This document shows positions 27,929-40,370 of a DNA stretch of 64,000 bases, one piece after another; positions within the stretch are counted from its first letter, which is position 1, and each line of letters starts with the position of its first letter. Made by a program: the position numbers and the translations under genes. Source of the stretch: the human T2T-CHM13v2.0 reference genome, Homo sapiens; assembly GCF_009914755.1 (NCBI RefSeq), contig NC_060925.1, one strand, 5' to 3'. The notes under the pieces were generated by a model, which saw only the letters and a list, made by a program, of their open reading frames with translations, made no database searches and was not told the origin of the DNA.

Positions 27929-28251
27929 CAATCACACGCCGCATAAGGTCGTTCTGGTCAACGATGGACCACATATACAAAAGTGTTCCCATAGGATTAT
28001 AACACTGCATTTTTCCTGTACTTTTTCTATATTTAGGTACACACATACCACTGTGTTATAGCTGCCTACAGTATTCGGTACAGTAGCATGCGGTACAGGT
28101 TTAAGCAATAGGCTACACCATAAAGCCTACGTGTGTAGTAGGCTATACCACCTGGGCTTGTGTACGTACACTGTCATGTTCGCATGACAACAAACTTGCC
28201 TAAAAATGCACTTCTCAGAATGTAGCCCCAAAATTAAGTAATGCATGACCA
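27929..28251 (+). mobile_element. Tigger3a (MER7A), full length
   Basis: TIR-like CAATCACACGCCGCATAA ... TTAAGTAATGCATGACCA flanked by TA; internal GTGTGTAGTAGGCTATACCA. Confidence 0.85.
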
Positions 28252-28365
28252 TATTGAGAAGGAACTGTACAAGATATGGTAAATGAAGATAGTATCAATT
28301 TAGTATGATGCTTCTTGGACTAAGAAATAATTTATGTTAACTACCAATATTATATTTGCCTAGAG

Positions 28366-28709
28366 CAGGAGTCAGCAAACTTTTTATGTAAAGGGTTAGA
28401 TATATATTTTTAGCTTTGTAGGCCATACAGTCCCTGTTACACTCAATGCTACCATCATAGTGCAAAAGCAGCCACTCATAAGTAAACAAATGAGCAGAAA
28501 CAAAAAAGCATAGATGAATGAGTGTGGCTATGTTTCAATAAAACTCTACTTGTGGACACTAAAATTTGAATTTCATGTGTCACAAAACATCATTCTCCTT
28601 TTGATTTTTTTTTCAGCACCAAATATAAACCCCATTCTTAGCTTAAGGGTCACGCAAAATTAGGTAGTGGGCTGGATGTGGCCCATGGGTCACAGTTGGC
28701 CGACCCCTA
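28366..28709 (+). mobile_element. MER58B (hAT-Charlie)
   Basis: CAGGAGTCAGCAAACTTTTT...GTGCAAAAGCAGCCA...CAGTTGGCCGACCCCT termini. Confidence 0.85.
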
Positions 28710-29786
28710 GCTTACAGCCTCTCAGGAAGGATGTAGCAGACACTGGTAACAGTGATCCTCTCCAAGGAGGGGACTGGGCATAGATGAGAGATAGATCGAG
28801 AGAGAGACTTTCACTGAATACTTTTCTATATTGTTTGACTACTATGCATGCAAGTGAAAAAACAAAAATCAATTATGAATGGGCTCCCCATCTAAGTTCA
28901 CCCTTACTTCTATCAATGTCAATGTTAACTCTCCTGGTTAAACAGGGTTATAACTTCCAGGTCAACTTTGACTCTTCTATTTCAGTCTCTCATCCCAACA
29001 GCAGTCAGATCTGAAATCCACTGGCCCAGTTCACCAAAGTACCTCAGCCTACTACTGGCCATCTCTTACTCCCTCCCCTTCCCGCATTCCTACTACTGTC
29101 TTTACCACTCAACTGTCATTTACATACAACCTTGACCCTCAACTGACTTTTTACGCCAAAAACGTTTTTCCAAAAGAGAGACTGAAGATTTTTAAGGATT
29201 GGACTATTTATTGCAATTCCTTGCCTTCCCTCTCAGCTCCTATACAAATGCCTTATACGTAGTAGAGATGCAATAAATAGTTGCTTGATTGCCAATCTCT
29301 CATCCTGCTAGAAATGATTAGGAACAGAGGGCAAAGACTCATCTACAATAAAAGCTAGTTCTGAGACATGCAGCAGGGAGAGTACACAAAAGCTCAAAGA
29401 CTTTGGGAGAAAAAATCATAGTAAAGGACATTTAGGGAGAGAAAAGAGGCTCTGCTTTGGAGAAGGAAGTCAGGAAGAATGCCTCCGGTGATGATGCGGG
29501 TGTGGGGAGGAACTTGCCCTAATTCCAATCTCTAGTGCATTAGCCTAGAGTTAGGGAAACCCCTTATCCTGAGCTGGGAGATTTGGTGATCCCAGAATGA
29601 GAGCCTCCCACATTTTGGAGGGATCTCAGCATTAAGCAGTCTGCCCTCCCAGCCGGTGCAGGAAAAGGCCTCAGCAACCACTATGAAAGATGGTTATCCA
29701 CAGGCCGCTTGAACTCCTGCAGAGACAGCACACTCACTACTTTGGAAGGTAGCCTGCTCCATTGTTGAAGAGTGCTGTTAGAAAGT

Positions 29787-30079
<293 letters not shown>

Positions 30080-30544
30080 GTTATTCTGCTTCTACTCATT
30101 GTTTCTAGTTCCAGAACTAAGCAGATTAAGGCTTCTTGAGTGTAACAAAAAAAAACTAATGATAACTGCCAAATACAATACAGTTTTCAAATATTTCTTC
30201 CTTCCAAGATGTTCAAAGGGTTTTTAAACACACAAAATCATCAACTCTTTGGAACTGAAAGTACCTTTGCTCAAAAATATTTATTGAATGAAATTGAATA
30301 TAATTCCTTTTCCTACTTCCCAACATGAAAGCCCTAAGATTACACTCTAAAGGGAATCATTTTATTTCTTTAGAGGAGGAAACTTCACAATCACCCATGG
30401 CCATGCGGGCCCTAAAATCCTTAAACTCAGAAAATGCATCCTAAGATCTAAACTGAATCCCTCGTGCAATAGCATTTCCTCTGGTCTCAGCCCATTTCTT
30501 ACCCTTCCTACTATAGGCATTAAGTTGGTGCTACATGACAAAAT

Positions 30545-30785
30545 GCTAATGCCTAATGCTTGAGCCAGTGCTGGATAGATGCTTTATACATATTTTCTCA
30601 TTGAATTCCTACAGAAACTCTGGAGGTGGGTGGTGGTATTCCCATTTTATAGCACAGGAAACTCATGGTTAGAAGAGTTAGCTAACTTGCCCAGCATCAC
30701 ACAACTAGTCAGTGACACAGCCAAAATTCAGTTAGGTCTACTCAGCTTCAAAACCCAGTCTTTTCCCTACAGTCCAAGGCTTCCA
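30545..30785 (-). mobile_element. MIR
   Basis: CCCATTTTATAGCACAGGAAACT...AACTTGCCCAGCATCACACAACTAG. Confidence 0.8.
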
Positions 30786-31404
30786 TGACAGTCGATCATC
30801 TCTGCCAACCTCACTCTGTCCCTGAAATGTGCAGAAATGCTTATTTCCATCATTTCCATCAGAAGCATGGGAGAGATAAACGGCACACAGCAATCCTACT
30901 GTCCCTCTCCAGATTCCACCCTCTGGGGGTGTTCAGGCCTTCCTGGGATGGAGGAAACAAGAGCAAAACCATTCAAAGCATCCCAGAAACACTCAACGGC
31001 AGAGTGACACCTTTCTGGCTCACAAGTGGCACACAGTCCTGTGCTTTCCTACAACCTGCCCTTGCTTGGGTCTGGCTCCAGGCCTTACTACAGGGCCGGG
31101 ATGCTCAGGACCCCATGAAGCATGGCATTGTTTGGGCAGCACAAACACAACGTTCACCTGGGTCCTGGCACCTTTTCTCGGCAGCGCTGCTTTGGTAAAT
31201 ATTTGGCTGGCTCACCCAGGAGAGGACCACAGGACCTCTTTACCCATATCCCAACAATCCCAGTTCCACAAAGATGGGCTAGAGTGTGCTGGGGACAGGC
31301 ACAGAAGAATCACAAATGCCAAAATGCAGCCACTTCCCGAGTCATCAGCAGAAATCAGTTTGCCTCTAGTGCACTCTCTGAGAAGCTCTGAAGCATTTGC
31401 ATCA

Positions 31405-31797
31405 AGGCCCTTAGCCCATTTTCTTTTCTTTTCTTTTCTTTTCTTTTCTTTTTTTTCTTTTCCTTTCCCTCCCTTCCTTCCTTCCTTCCTTGCATTGCCC
31501 AGGCCAGTCTTGAACTCCTGGCCTCAAGCATTCCTCCCACCTCAGCTTCTCAAAGCACAGGCCCTTAGCCCATTTTCTTTCTTTTCTTTTCTTTTCTTTT
31601 CTTTCCCTCCCTCTGTCCCTCCCTCCCTCCCTTCCTCCCTTCCTCCCTTCCCTCCTTCCCTCCTTCCCTCCTTCCTTCCTTCCTTGCGTTGCCCAGGCCA
31701 GTCTTGAACTCCTGGCTTCAAGAGTTCCTCCCACCTCAGCTTCTCAAAGCACTGGAATTACAAGTGGGACCAACTGTGCCCAGCCCTTAGCCCATTT
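31405..31797 (-). mobile_element. FLAM/Alu left monomer with pyrimidine microsatellite tail, partly tandem-duplicated
   Basis: Two copies of TTGCCCAGGCCAGTCTTGAACTCCTGG...CTCAAAGCAC; TSD word CTTAGCCCATTT occurs three times. Confidence 0.9.
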
Positions 31798-32960
31798 CCA
31801 AAGCTCAGCTCCAAATCCCAGGATGGTTCCTGACTAATCGCCCTGTTGGAGTTCACCATCTTAGTGATGCACTTCACACAATAGTCAGGCCTCCCCACAC
31901 AGCTCATCTTTTCAACCTAACTTACAGGGTGCTGGAAAAACACCGGGTTGTCCTCCACTCCAGGATGCCTACCTCCAGAAACATGCACATTCCTGGGCTC
32001 ATCTGGCCTCGGGGACTCCCTGAACATAGGGATGACCTCCCCATTTCTCAAGAGCACAAACCACAGCCAGGAGTTCAGAGCTCACACAAGATGTTACTAT
32101 TGAAGAAAGAAGCTGACCTTGAGGCTACTGCTTCTCTTCTCAGTCCCTGGGGAGAAAATTCTCTTGTTGGCAGTCTATATTCCATATTAGCCCAAGGAAA
32201 TCATATGATGCTCCACCTCCATGCCCCCATCCTCAGGTGGCTGTCTTTGAGATTTTCACCTGACATTCTGCAGCTAACCACCTTTCTATCTGTCATCTCC
32301 CTGGGAGACATGGTCATTAGCAGAGAGCACCATGTAGGTGTCTAATTAAGCAAGCAGCAGCAAATGCAGAAACCCGTTCAAGCCACCCCACAGAGCATCT
32401 CCCCGGGGATCCTCTTACAGGCAGCTCCCTCCCCCGAGCTTCCTGGAAAGGTCTCTATTGTTTGCCTAGAACACAGAAAAGTGTCCGATTCTGCCCTCCT
32501 ACTTATCTGCTGGCACAGACTTCCTGGCCTCTGCACAACCCCAGGGGGTACTATTCCCATATAGCACAATGTGAACGGTGCCCTCAGAATTGTGGGACAC
32601 AGCAGCACTGGTGGGTGGGAAAGTGAGGGTCCCCAGATGGGGAGGGACAGGATCTTCTGAGGGATGTCCTCTTACCTGTCTTCCTTAGGGGTCCCAGAGC
32701 CATATCCTGCCATCCTAGCATCTTGAGATCAGGGCACAGGAAGCAAGGTGCCCTCAAACAGATTGATAATAAGATGGCAGAGACAGAGGTGGACAGCGTG
32801 AGTGGCTCAGCCACTCCCTCAACCTGTGTCTCAGAGTCCTGTTGTCTGAACTGTAGCTCACCTGTTCCTGTTTCACCCTTCAAATGGAATGTTCCACTTC
32901 CCCTGTGAGCCCGGGGAGAGAAATAAATTCCCTGTTCTAGAAAAGCTTTCTTCTTTACAG

Positions 32961-33023
32961 ACTGAAGTCTCTGGAATTTCATCTAATACTCCTGCAGACG
33001 ACAATGGAGTGACCGGGCCAACA
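32961..33023 (+). other. Candidate 63-nt exon
   Basis: ctttcttctttacag|ACTGAA...CCAACA|gtaagt; phase-0 frame open (TEVSGISSNTPADDNGVTGPT), no homologue recognised. Confidence 0.35.
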
Positions 33024-33789
33024 GTAAGTGCAGAGAAGGATCCTGGAACGACAAGACTGATCCTAACTGGCCACCACTCCCCCTGGCCTGGGGATGGTCT
33101 AACCAAGGAGACTGGAGGGGAATAGACAGACACCTGCTGCCTCTGTAGCTCCTGGCGGACCTCACTCTCAGGTGTCAGATGAGTATCCCAACCAAGCTGG
33201 GGCGAGAAATAGCAGAATCCTCCTTAACTTCTTCTCCTGTGCCCTCCCCTGAGTCAAGCTTGTCTTTCTTCTAGGCCCTTATCTCCCTGCCTCAGAGACC
33301 TTTATCCACTTCATCTCTTACCTCCACAATGGCGCAGGGGCGGTAGAGATGCTGGTATGGATGCCCACAAGCTTTTCACAGGGACAGCATGTATGCTGGT
33401 ACTGGGGAGTAGGGAATAGTACTCAGGGATGGATCTAGGTCTTCTAATTCCACAGGGGCTTCAGTGACTCCAAATCCAACCCCTAGAGGTATCAATGTAG
33501 GCCTCGGTGCCCTCATGTGATCCAGAGTTCTGCCAGCTTGGCTCGGAACGCTGGCACACACTCCTGCACCACACCAAGATATGTGGGTTCACTCTGGCAG
33601 AAATGGGAGAATGACAGCCCTGTCCAGCTGTTTTCCAGTTCCTGTGAGACAAACTGGACTTTGATTACAGCAGGAATGGTTTAGGTTAGATAGTAAGAAT
33701 CACTTGAAATGGGTGATAAGAGGACATTTAGGACTCTGTCCTTGGCCTTTAAAATTAAAGCCAATTTCCCCTCCACTGGCTATGGCTCA

Positions 33790-34140
33790 ATACCTGTTTC
33801 ATCATGTGACTCTCTTGCTCAGAAATCCTCAGTGGTTACCCCTCCCCTGCCTGCTACATAAGGGTCCACCTCCACGGTTTGGCATCCAAGGCCCACTGCG
33901 GCACGTCCCCACTCATCTTTCAAACGTCATATTCTATGGCTCCATGTGTAAGTTTTCTAGTTCAACCTGACTGAACTTTGCAACATTTCCCCGAAAGGCC
34001 TTAGGCATTCCTGCTCTGGCAGCGTCATTCCCCTTCCCTCTCCCCCAGATGCCTGTTAAATCCAAATCTCCCAGGGGAAGGCAGGTGGACACCGTGTTAG
34101 GGCTGAGCTCAAATGCCACCTCTTCCAGAAAGCTTCAGTT
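33790..34140 (+). mobile_element. L2 fragment
   Basis: CTTGCTCAGAAATCCTCAGTGG...GGCATCCAAGGCCC...GCTCAAATGCCACCTCTTCCAGAAAGC. Confidence 0.7.
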
Positions 34141-36199
34141 AAACACCCCCAGCCCACAGAAAACCCCCTCCGCCGTGAAGTTGTAGGCATATGTTAGCCA
34201 GTCATTCCCTAGAAATGTCCTGAGCATGACAGTGCTAGAGACTGAGCAGAGATGTGGTCCCCACCTTCAAGGAAACCCTAATCTAGAGAGTGGATACAGA
34301 TAAAAGCAAACCAACAAAACCATCCTCCCGTGACAGGCAGCCTGGGATGAGGGCAGCGTGAGTGGGGAGCCGGGGAGATGCCCAGGGGAGGCCACAGCAT
34401 GGAGACGACAGCATGAGAGGAGGAGGCTGGGCGTTTTAGAGGGAGTCACATTAAGGAGACGGGAGATTACTGGGGTACCTGGACTAGGTCAAGGTTCGTG
34501 TTGGGAAGTAACGATAATTCTATAAACATTTACTGTGTGTTTACTATGGACACTGTGGGAATGCTTCCTATTTATAAGCTTGCTTATTCCTCATAACTAA
34601 ATGAAGCTGGACGGGTATTTGGGGGCCAGACTGTGGAGTCCCACGATGCATGTAATGCAATGCGCGAGGTGGCTCCCGCTCAATAAATATTTTCTCGTTG
34701 ATCAATGGATAAATGATCTTTGAAGGCTCACTCCCAGTGGGAGGAAGCTAGAATTTCTCAGGAGCAACTAAAGCTCTGAAAAATATTTTTCTAACTTTTT
34801 AAACTATTAAAAGAAACACCGGGACTGACAAGGGGAGGAGAGGCCCTGGTTGGGTAAGAACCTGACTTTCTCGATACAGGATGTGGAGAGTGGGTGTTGG
34901 AGCACTCCCTGTACCCACAAGAAACCCAAGTAGGCTCAGGGAGACAGCTGCCGGGAAAGACAGCTGCAGGCCGCTCAGAATAGGGACACGGGAGAAATGC
35001 TTTCAATGGGTGAGTCCAGGGGTACCCAACCCCTTGTTCCCAGTGCCTTTGCAGGATATGTGGGGGTAGGGTTCACTCAGCACCACCCAGAGCTGGCAGA
35101 GCCTCCGGAGCTGAGTTTGCCCTGCCTCCCCACTCATTGGCACGGTGACTTGGCTAACTCATTCCAGAGAGATGGAGGTCCTTCTAAAAGGTCACAGTTT
35201 CCCTCGGTTTCCCATCTTTTCTGGCCTCCCAGTCTTTGATTTAACTTTTATCTGGCCAACTGGAATTTAAGCCCATTCTCCACTGGAGAGCTCAATACAG
35301 GTATCAAACTTACCTATTTGAACCCATTCCCCACTAGGGAAATCAATAAAGATGTCAGCTCATTCCTCTTTCCTTTGGCATCTGCGTTAGGATATCCCAG
35401 GGTGGGACTCAATCACCCTACTGGTATTTTACCAGGCGCAACTAGGGCTGAAGAACGGAGAAGCCAAATGATGAACCCCAGACGGATAAAGCGGCCTCTT
35501 CGTATCCACTCCTTAAACACCTCCAAGGCCAATCACATAATCTACCGTGCCATCTGCAGCTGAAATAACCAGAACTGGACATCTGGAGGTACCTTCCAGT
35601 CTCCTCCAGCCTGGACCAAATCACTGAGCATCTCTCAGCCTCTTTTCCCCACCTGTAGAATGGAATGGAACCTGTGCTCACCAAATTCAGCTCTTCTGAG
35701 CATAAAATAACTTGGTAAATATAAAAATGTCTCAGAAAGTTAAACCAAAGAGTTAAGCATAGGGTACTGCTGATAGAATACCAATCCAGGCCTAAAGAGG
35801 CCCTCAGGGACAGCTAGCAGCCCTGGGTCCTAGCTCCAGGCAGGGGCTCCAGTTTGGAAAGCCTTTCCTGATTTGAGTCTGGGAAGAGATAAGATAACAA
35901 TCAGCGATGTTGTTCCAGCAGCCAGGCCTCTTCGGAGAGTTTATCAGCAGAATCTGCCCAACCAGGAATGCAAGCTCAGCCCCACCTGTAGCCTTCACCT
36001 CCTCAGCCGGCTCTGAGGGTCTGGGCCTATTTTCTTTAGAACCTCACATCTAGGAACAGGAGGCACCTTCTCATCCATCTCAGAGCCCCACCAACACTCC
36101 CGGCTAGATCTCCACCCACCTTTGAACACAAGCCACACGGAGGAAGTCTGCCATTTCTTTTTCCTCAGAAGTTTTCCTCTAACTACCCTGTCTTACAGA

Positions 36200-36678
36200 T
36201 AGTGTCTTTCAAACTGTGGCTTTGGAATCATCGGTGGGTTGGGAACTCAAATTAGTAAAACATAATCCAAATTGGCACATGGGAGAAATGCATTTTTTAA
36301 AAATTTAATGGAACAGAATAGAACGTAGTGTATACTGCACTTGGTAAGAATAAATATTATTTTGGGATACTTTTGTTAAAACACACACACACAATATGAG
36401 AATCCTGACTCAGCCACTTAATCTTTCTATGCTTCCATTTCTTCATTTTAAAAGGAGGACAATAACAGTATCCACCTCATATCGTTATTGTGAGGACTGT
36501 ATTAGTCCATATTCATGGAGCATTTGGAAAAGTACTTTACACAAGTGCTATATAAAAGTGTTATTTCATACACTTATACACACATGAGTGCATGTGTGTG
36601 TACACGTGCGTGCATGAATATCTTTGCTTACAAGGTAAATATCCTTCTGTAGGGTGGGGAAAAAACTGAAAGTCACTA
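36200..36678 (+). mobile_element. Non-autonomous hAT-Charlie-type element interrupted by a MIR (about 36398-36565)
   Basis: Termini AGTGTCTTTCAAACT and ACTGAAAGTCACT; MIR core CACTTAATCTTTCTATGCTTCC...ATTGTGAGGA inside. Confidence 0.55.
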
Positions 36679-36864
36679 TGTGGGAGAAGCTAAGAAGTGT
36701 CTCTCCAAAGACAATCTGTTCTTGGAGTCCAATTCCCAGTGCCCAGGAGATTTCACAGGTGTCTGTCCTGGCTTTAGAGAAGGAGACAGAGGTCACTGGA
36801 GGAGCAGTGGCTGGACAGAGCGTGTAGAGGATCCGAGAGCACAGGGCCAAGGGCTTCAAATTGG

Positions 36865-37035
36865 CTCATTTACTCCACATGCAATTCAGCAGGGTAGGTA
36901 CTATTATTACCCCTGCTGTACAAGTGAGGAAACTGAACCAGAGAGAAGTTAAGTTGCCACACAGCTAAGAAGTAGCAGGGCCTGGATTTGAACTCTGCTT
37001 CCCAAGTCTGGACTTGGAACCACTGGACTACAGCG
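36865..37035 (-). mobile_element. MIR
   Basis: TACAAGTGAGGAAACTGAACCAGAGAGAAGTTAAG. Confidence 0.8.
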
Positions 37036-38209
37036 TCTGTTTCACTTTGCAGCCAACTTCTTGCATAGCAGGGGAAGGCCGGCCCTCGGAAGTTTTGGCC
37101 ACTGAGGAGGTGGCCTTGTCTGTGACAGAAGTGGCTCCATAAGTGTGGCCTCATAGGCACTCGCCTCAAGCAATTTAATTTTCAAGTGGCTTGAATTCAG
37201 GAACAATAACTCCAGGGTCACAATATAAAGTCCAGAGCTTTCTACTACAATAGCTGGCGATAATAAACTTGGTTAACAGGCTCATAGCATATAATGCATT
37301 AAGTACTCGTTTAATTTGAACAGTACAAACCTGACCAGATGACATTACATCTCTCCCATACCCTTTATTCTGGAAGACTCGGGTTGTTTCTGAGCACGTC
37401 TCGTTTCATTTTCTCCATGGTCCAGAGATGTTAGGAGGGGAATATTCTCTGACTTGCCAGAGGCCACTCTATGAGTGAGCCCGCAGTGCAGAGAGGGAAG
37501 GTTTCCGGTCCAATAAATGGGAGAAGAGAAAATCAGGTAATCTCCATCTCCAAGTTCCTGTGGTCCCTAGCTCTCCCAGTCTGCCCTTGCTTCCTTCCCA
37601 TCTTGATAACTATGCAAAGTCCCCCAAAAACAAGGTACTCGGTTCATCTCTAGAACTGACCCTGTGCCACATCAACCCAGTGGACACTTCTGGTGGGAAG
37701 GAAAGAGGAGAAAGAAGACGGGAGTGGGCTGTAACTGTGGAATCACTCTCCTTTCCCCGTGAGGCGCCCACAGTCCTTTCCTGTGCTATGGAACATTTCA
37801 TAACACTGGGAGCAGGAGGAGGAGCAGGCTGTCAGTCTTATAGACTGTTTCCTCCAAAATTCCGTGTCCTATTCACTGTCCTTACAAATGAGAGCTGGCT
37901 AACTATCTCCTCATACTGGGTACAACCCATGACTTTTCATATCTTTTCATTCTGTGATAAGCCTCAAACATACATTATTTTTTTAAAAACTGAGGAAATT
38001 GAGATCAAGAGACATTAAGAGACTTACTCATTGTCACAACTGTGTGAACATAAGCGAGGGAGGATCCCATTAAGGCGGGCTTCTTTTAGAGCTAGTAGGC
38101 ACTTCTAGTCCCCATACATCCCCTGTCCCCACCCAACAGGAGTGGTCCCTCCCTCCTGTGCGCTTTGTCTGTAAGTCAGAAGCAGGTATTTCTGAGTCAC
38201 GCCTGTTGT

Positions 38210-38345
38210 CCTGCATTGCAGTCATTTGTTTACATGTCTGCCTCCCCCACAGCACTCTGAGTTCCTTGAGGGCAGTGGCCGTGTCTTACTCATCTTTGCA
38301 TTCCTGGTATCTGGCATATAAACATTTCTCAATAAATATTTGGGG
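38210..38345 (+). mobile_element. L2 3' end
   Basis: TGAGTTCCTTGAGGGCAG...CATCTTTG...CTCAATAAATATTTG. Confidence 0.8.
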
Positions 38346-39999
38346 AAGAAAGGGAGGAAAGGGAGGACAGAAGGGAGACATACAGAGGGAGGAAAGAGAG
38401 AAGGGAGAAAGGGACAGGGCGGGCAGGGATGAGGAGGGAGGGAGGAAGAGTGGGTGAGTGGGTACCAGGAGCTCATGGTCATCTCAAGCCAGTTCAATGG
38501 AATCATGGTACACCACCCTCTGCGGGTCTAATTCTAACAGGGACGAGTGGAACAGGCTGCCCTACTAGAGTCCATCTGGGATATCACTAGAGAGCACTAG
38601 TAGCAGAGTGGCCTTTCAGCCACCAAGGGGCCAGGGAGCCACAAGACTTAAGACACTGCTGCCCCATCATCCTTATTCTCTCCTTTCCCACCATAAGGAA
38701 GGGAACAAAGAACCAGCTGCCTCTTCCCTGGGGGAATGCTATGCTCCACCACCCCTTCATGCCTCCATGTCCACCTATTTAATGGAGGCTCGGTGCTGTC
38801 TTGGGTGATGGAAGTGGATTTAGGAGGATGGTGGCATGCAATGTACACTGGGTAGACCCCTCCACTTGACTCCCAACCCTCGAGGTAGGGGTGAGCATGG
38901 GGGGTGCTTCTTAGGTGGGGAGCTGGTGCCAGCAGGGCCCTGAGGAAGGAGCCATGCCCTCCATCTGGATTCACCATACTCGCAGCTCAGCTCCCCAGGA
39001 GACTGTGGGTGGGAAGGAGCAGTGGCTTCTATAGGAAGGGGCTCTGAGAAGGCTTGGTGCCTGCATGACTCAGGGAAACAACTAGAAACCATAACTTAGC
39101 AACTTGGCTTCTCTCTGGAATTTCCCTGGGGCAAAGAGATAGGGAAACTTTCGGTCAGCCCTGTTTATGCTGAGCCCATGTGGGGCCCCACAGCTCCTCC
39201 TTCTTTTCTGGAAAGTGCTGGGTCCCCTATCTCTCCCCACATGGCTATTGCTCATACATCAACTGCTCCCTCCACGTGCTCTGTGGAGACCTCCTGTACG
39301 CACAGCACACTGGGCTGGCCTGCAGCACTCTTGGAGCTCGATCTCTAGGGTATGTGTGTGTAGAATGGGGAGTGGGAGAGAGGGGTTCTTAGCCTTCCCC
39401 CAAAAAACCCAGAATAATGCCATTACATTCTGCAAAGCCTGCCTGATCTCTTTTGAAAAACATGTTCTGAAGCCAAGTCTGGTACATGCCAGGCAGCCCA
39501 GCACCTGGAAATGAAGCAGGAGGCTATTTCCAAGGGATCTTGTAGCTTCTCCTTTGTGCCAAAGAAGGGGGCAGATGATGAAGGGGGAGGTCCAGGCTCA
39601 ATCACACTAGGCTCTTTAAATGGACAAGGCTGTTGTTTCGGGTCAGAATATGGAATAGTGTTACCCAGAGGCCATGGCTGCCCACAAGGATGGTAGAGGG
39701 AGTCAGGCAACATCACCAGGACTGTCCACTACATAAAGCACCACTCAGGGGAAGCCAAAGGCACTGAACTCTCATTCTGACCTCACAGCTAACATGCTGT
39801 GCACCCTCAGGCAGGCTACAAGCCTCTCTGATCCTCAGAATCCTGAGGATCTGCACATGACCATAAGGATGGGAGCAAGGAGAGGAAAGGACGCAAATTG
39901 ATTGTGCCCCATGTCTGCTTATAACTTTTAAAGGATTAAGTTCAGCCTCCTGTGTAGGGCTGTCAAGGCTTTTCACAGGCTGGCCCACCTTCCAGCCTC

Positions 40000-40370
40000 C
40001 CCTACTGCCCCCCTGCAGTGCACTCTGTGCTCCAGCCTCTGACTCTGCTGATCTAGTTCCGGCGCCCATGCTTCCTCCTGCATCTCAGCCTCTGTGCATG
40101 CTGTTTCTTCTGCTGGAACCTCAACCCTTCCACCCTACCCTTCCCATACTTTAAGGTTCAACCTAAACCTGACCCTACAGCCACTTTTTACTTCCACCCA
40201 GGCAGTCTTCCTCCCTCTGTGTTTGCAAACCACTCTATGCATCTGATCTTATTTTTCTTCATCCTTTGTTTACAAGTGTGTCTCCCCTGCTAGACTGTGA
40301 AACGGAAAGGACAAGGACCATGTCAAATGCATCTTTCATTCAACAAGCATTTAATAAATGTCTGCTGTGT
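40000..40370 (+). mobile_element. L2 3' region
   Basis: TGTGTCTCCCCTGCTAGACTGTGA...GGACCATGTC...TAATAAATGTCTGCTG. Confidence 0.7.

Noticed and set aside
31066-31734. 213-aa and K/E/G/R-rich ORFs
   Set aside because: Open only because they cross stop-free pyrimidine microsatellites and Alu sequence.
35076-35096. REST/NRSE-like TCAGCACCAC
   Set aside because: Only the left half matches; the GGACAG half is absent.
35468-35563. Possible C/D-box snoRNA (ATGATGA ... CTGA)
   Set aside because: No terminal stem, no clear C'/D' boxes and no recognisable rRNA/snRNA guide.
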